Of a stretch of 64,000 nt of DNA, positions 62,655 through 64,000 are shown piece by piece. Source of the stretch: Chloroflexota bacterium (lineage in GTDB: Bacteria; Chloroflexota; Dehalococcoidia; Lucifugimonadales; Lucifugimonadaceae). Position 1 is the first letter of the stretch; every line of letters begins with the position of its first letter. The notes under the pieces were generated by a model. That model worked only from the letters and a program-made list of their open reading frames with translations, ran no database searches and was not told the origin of the DNA. The DNA lies in the NCBI GenBank assembly GCA_002719295.1, contig PBHC01000003.1, positions 4,300 to 68,299 on the forward strand, in the 5' to 3' direction. A program made the position numbers and the translations under genes.

Positions 62655-63245
62655 TTATTTATTTTCTATACATAATTTTCCAATGTCATTAAGTGCATTC
62701 CACTGATTAATATTCATTGAAATATTCGGAGCACTTATTAAAGGAAATGGAGATTTGTTAAACTCAAGTTCTATACTATATCCTGAAAACTTTTCATGTA
62801 AACTTTGAATTTTTATATTACCTAATTCTTTAGAAAGTGAATTTATTTCAGAGCTTTTAGTGATTTTATTTCCTAGTGCATTTCCTTTGTCATTAAATTT
62901 CCATTCTATAGATTTAATCTTACCGAATACAGGGAATGATTTTTTTCTGATTGATTTCACTTCAATATAATCTGTTTTATTTTCTGAGGTTTTGAAAGGG
63001 ATTGCGAAATAAATCCACCATCTAGGGGGATCATTTTTGCTCCCCCATTTTTTTATAATATTTATATATTTAATTAAATAATCTGAGTTGATGTTTATAA
63101 TACCCAAACTAGTTCTATGCCAAGGGTTAAATAACTTTTCTTCAACAATGCCTCTTTCAGCTAGATCACAATTTATGCCGATATCAAGTAATTTTTTTTG
63201 AAGTTTGTCTCTAGTTTTATCTCTAAAAATTTGTTTTATATTCAT
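62655..63245 (-). CDS. hypothetical basic protein
   Basis: 196-aa ORF with no recognisable motif. Confidence 0.6.
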   Translation of the reverse strand: MNIKQIFRDKTRDKLQKKLLDIGINCDLAERGIVEEKLFNPWHRTSLGIININSDYLIKYINIIKKWGSKNDPPRWWIYFAIPFKTSENKTDYIEVKSIRKKSFPVFGKIKSIEWKFNDKGNALGNKITKSSEINSLSKELGNIKIQSLHEKFSGYSIELEFNKSPFPLISAPNISMNINQWNALNDIGKLCIENK

Positions 63246-63356
63246 TTTCTCGAGAATTTTCCTGTCTGAATTTCATTAGATAAAAAATTAAGTTTATTAA
63301 TGCAGATAGTACATTATTTTTTTAAAAAACTACAATATTTTATGACTTTAAAGATT

Positions 63357-64000
63357 CTAATATCTCTTGGCATAATCAACGTACTGGGTTTTTTCAATGG
63401 AAGATATTACAAGTTTTTGTTTATAAGAGCACTTTTTATCAATGTATTCACTTTTAGATTCTTTAATAGATACTTTTATATCTTCGTGATCAACCCCACC
63501 TAAAAATGCTTCATGAATTACCCTTCCATCAAAATGAGTGTTTGTCTTTAATCCCAAAAGATGAATAATAGTAGGAGTTAAATCAATGTTACCTGTAGGT
63601 GTTGAACATACTAATCCTTTCTTAAAATCTGGACCAAATACACCAAATATATTATTCATTTCATGCTTACTAATTGATCCATGTTGTCCTAAATTTATAT
63701 CTCCACCAGAGCTATAAGCCATACCTTTGTAACCAGCCGAGTTTTTTTCAGAACTCCATTGAAAAGACATAGTAATATCAGGACAACGTGCTCCTTCAAT
63801 TCCAATCAATTTAGCGGGTAGTAATCCTTTTATTTTTCCTGTTTTTTTAGAATAAAACATAGGTCCACACCAATCAAATTGCATTAAAGCTCTAGCTAAT
63901 TCTGTAGCGAGTTTATTATCTGAATTTTCTACATAAAAAAGGACACTCCCACCATTTTCTGCTATGAGTACTTTATTGTCATTTTCATTTTCTAATAAAC
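63357..64000 (-). CDS. alkaline phosphatase / phosphodiesterase superfamily protein, C-terminal part (truncated by window edge)
   Basis: frame stays open to 64000; QHGS and GNIDLTPTI..LLG..DGR motifs. Confidence 0.75.
   Translation of the reverse strand, partial: LLENENDNKVLIAENGGSVLFYVENSDNKLATELARALMQFDWCGPMFYSKKTGKIKGLLPAKLIGIEGARCPDITMSFQWSSEKNSAGYKGMAYSSGGDINLGQHGSISKHEMNNIFGVFGPDFKKGLVCSTPTGNIDLTPTIIHLLGLKTNTHFDGRVIHEAFLGGVDHEDIKVSIKESKSEYIDKKCSYKQKLVISSIEKTQYVDYAKRY

Overview
AT-rich (roughly 30% GC by eye), tightly packed bacterial chromosome segment. It is most consistent with a streamlined marine Chloroflexota (Dehalococcoidia/SAR202-like); this is inferred from the dnaA-obgE-nadD order, a DUF5343-like protein, and paralogous SDR, enolase-family, CoA-transferase and aldolase genes. 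Housekeeping genes include purEK, groES/EL, lpdA, recO-recR-ybaB-dnaX-ybeY, uvrA, gyrB, pyrE, nadD, obgE, dnaA, fmt, trpB, gcvTHP, gltA and thrS, alongside many organic-acid and sugar-acid catabolic genes. I found no tRNA, rRNA, CRISPR array or transposase. Highlights: (1) a perfect (CG)6 tract next to the gyrB ribosome-binding site, a candidate Z-DNA supercoiling sensor; (2) a probable oriC with non-canonical DnaA boxes, beside a DnaA lacking sensor I, arginine finger and sensor II residues and an ObgE with degenerate G3/G4 motifs; (3) an unannotated 36-aa metallothionein-like peptide and several other micro-proteins; (4) two genes that appear to need ATT/ATC start codons; (5) a DnaX with no zinc-binding cysteines. 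All family assignments come from motif recognition, not database searches.
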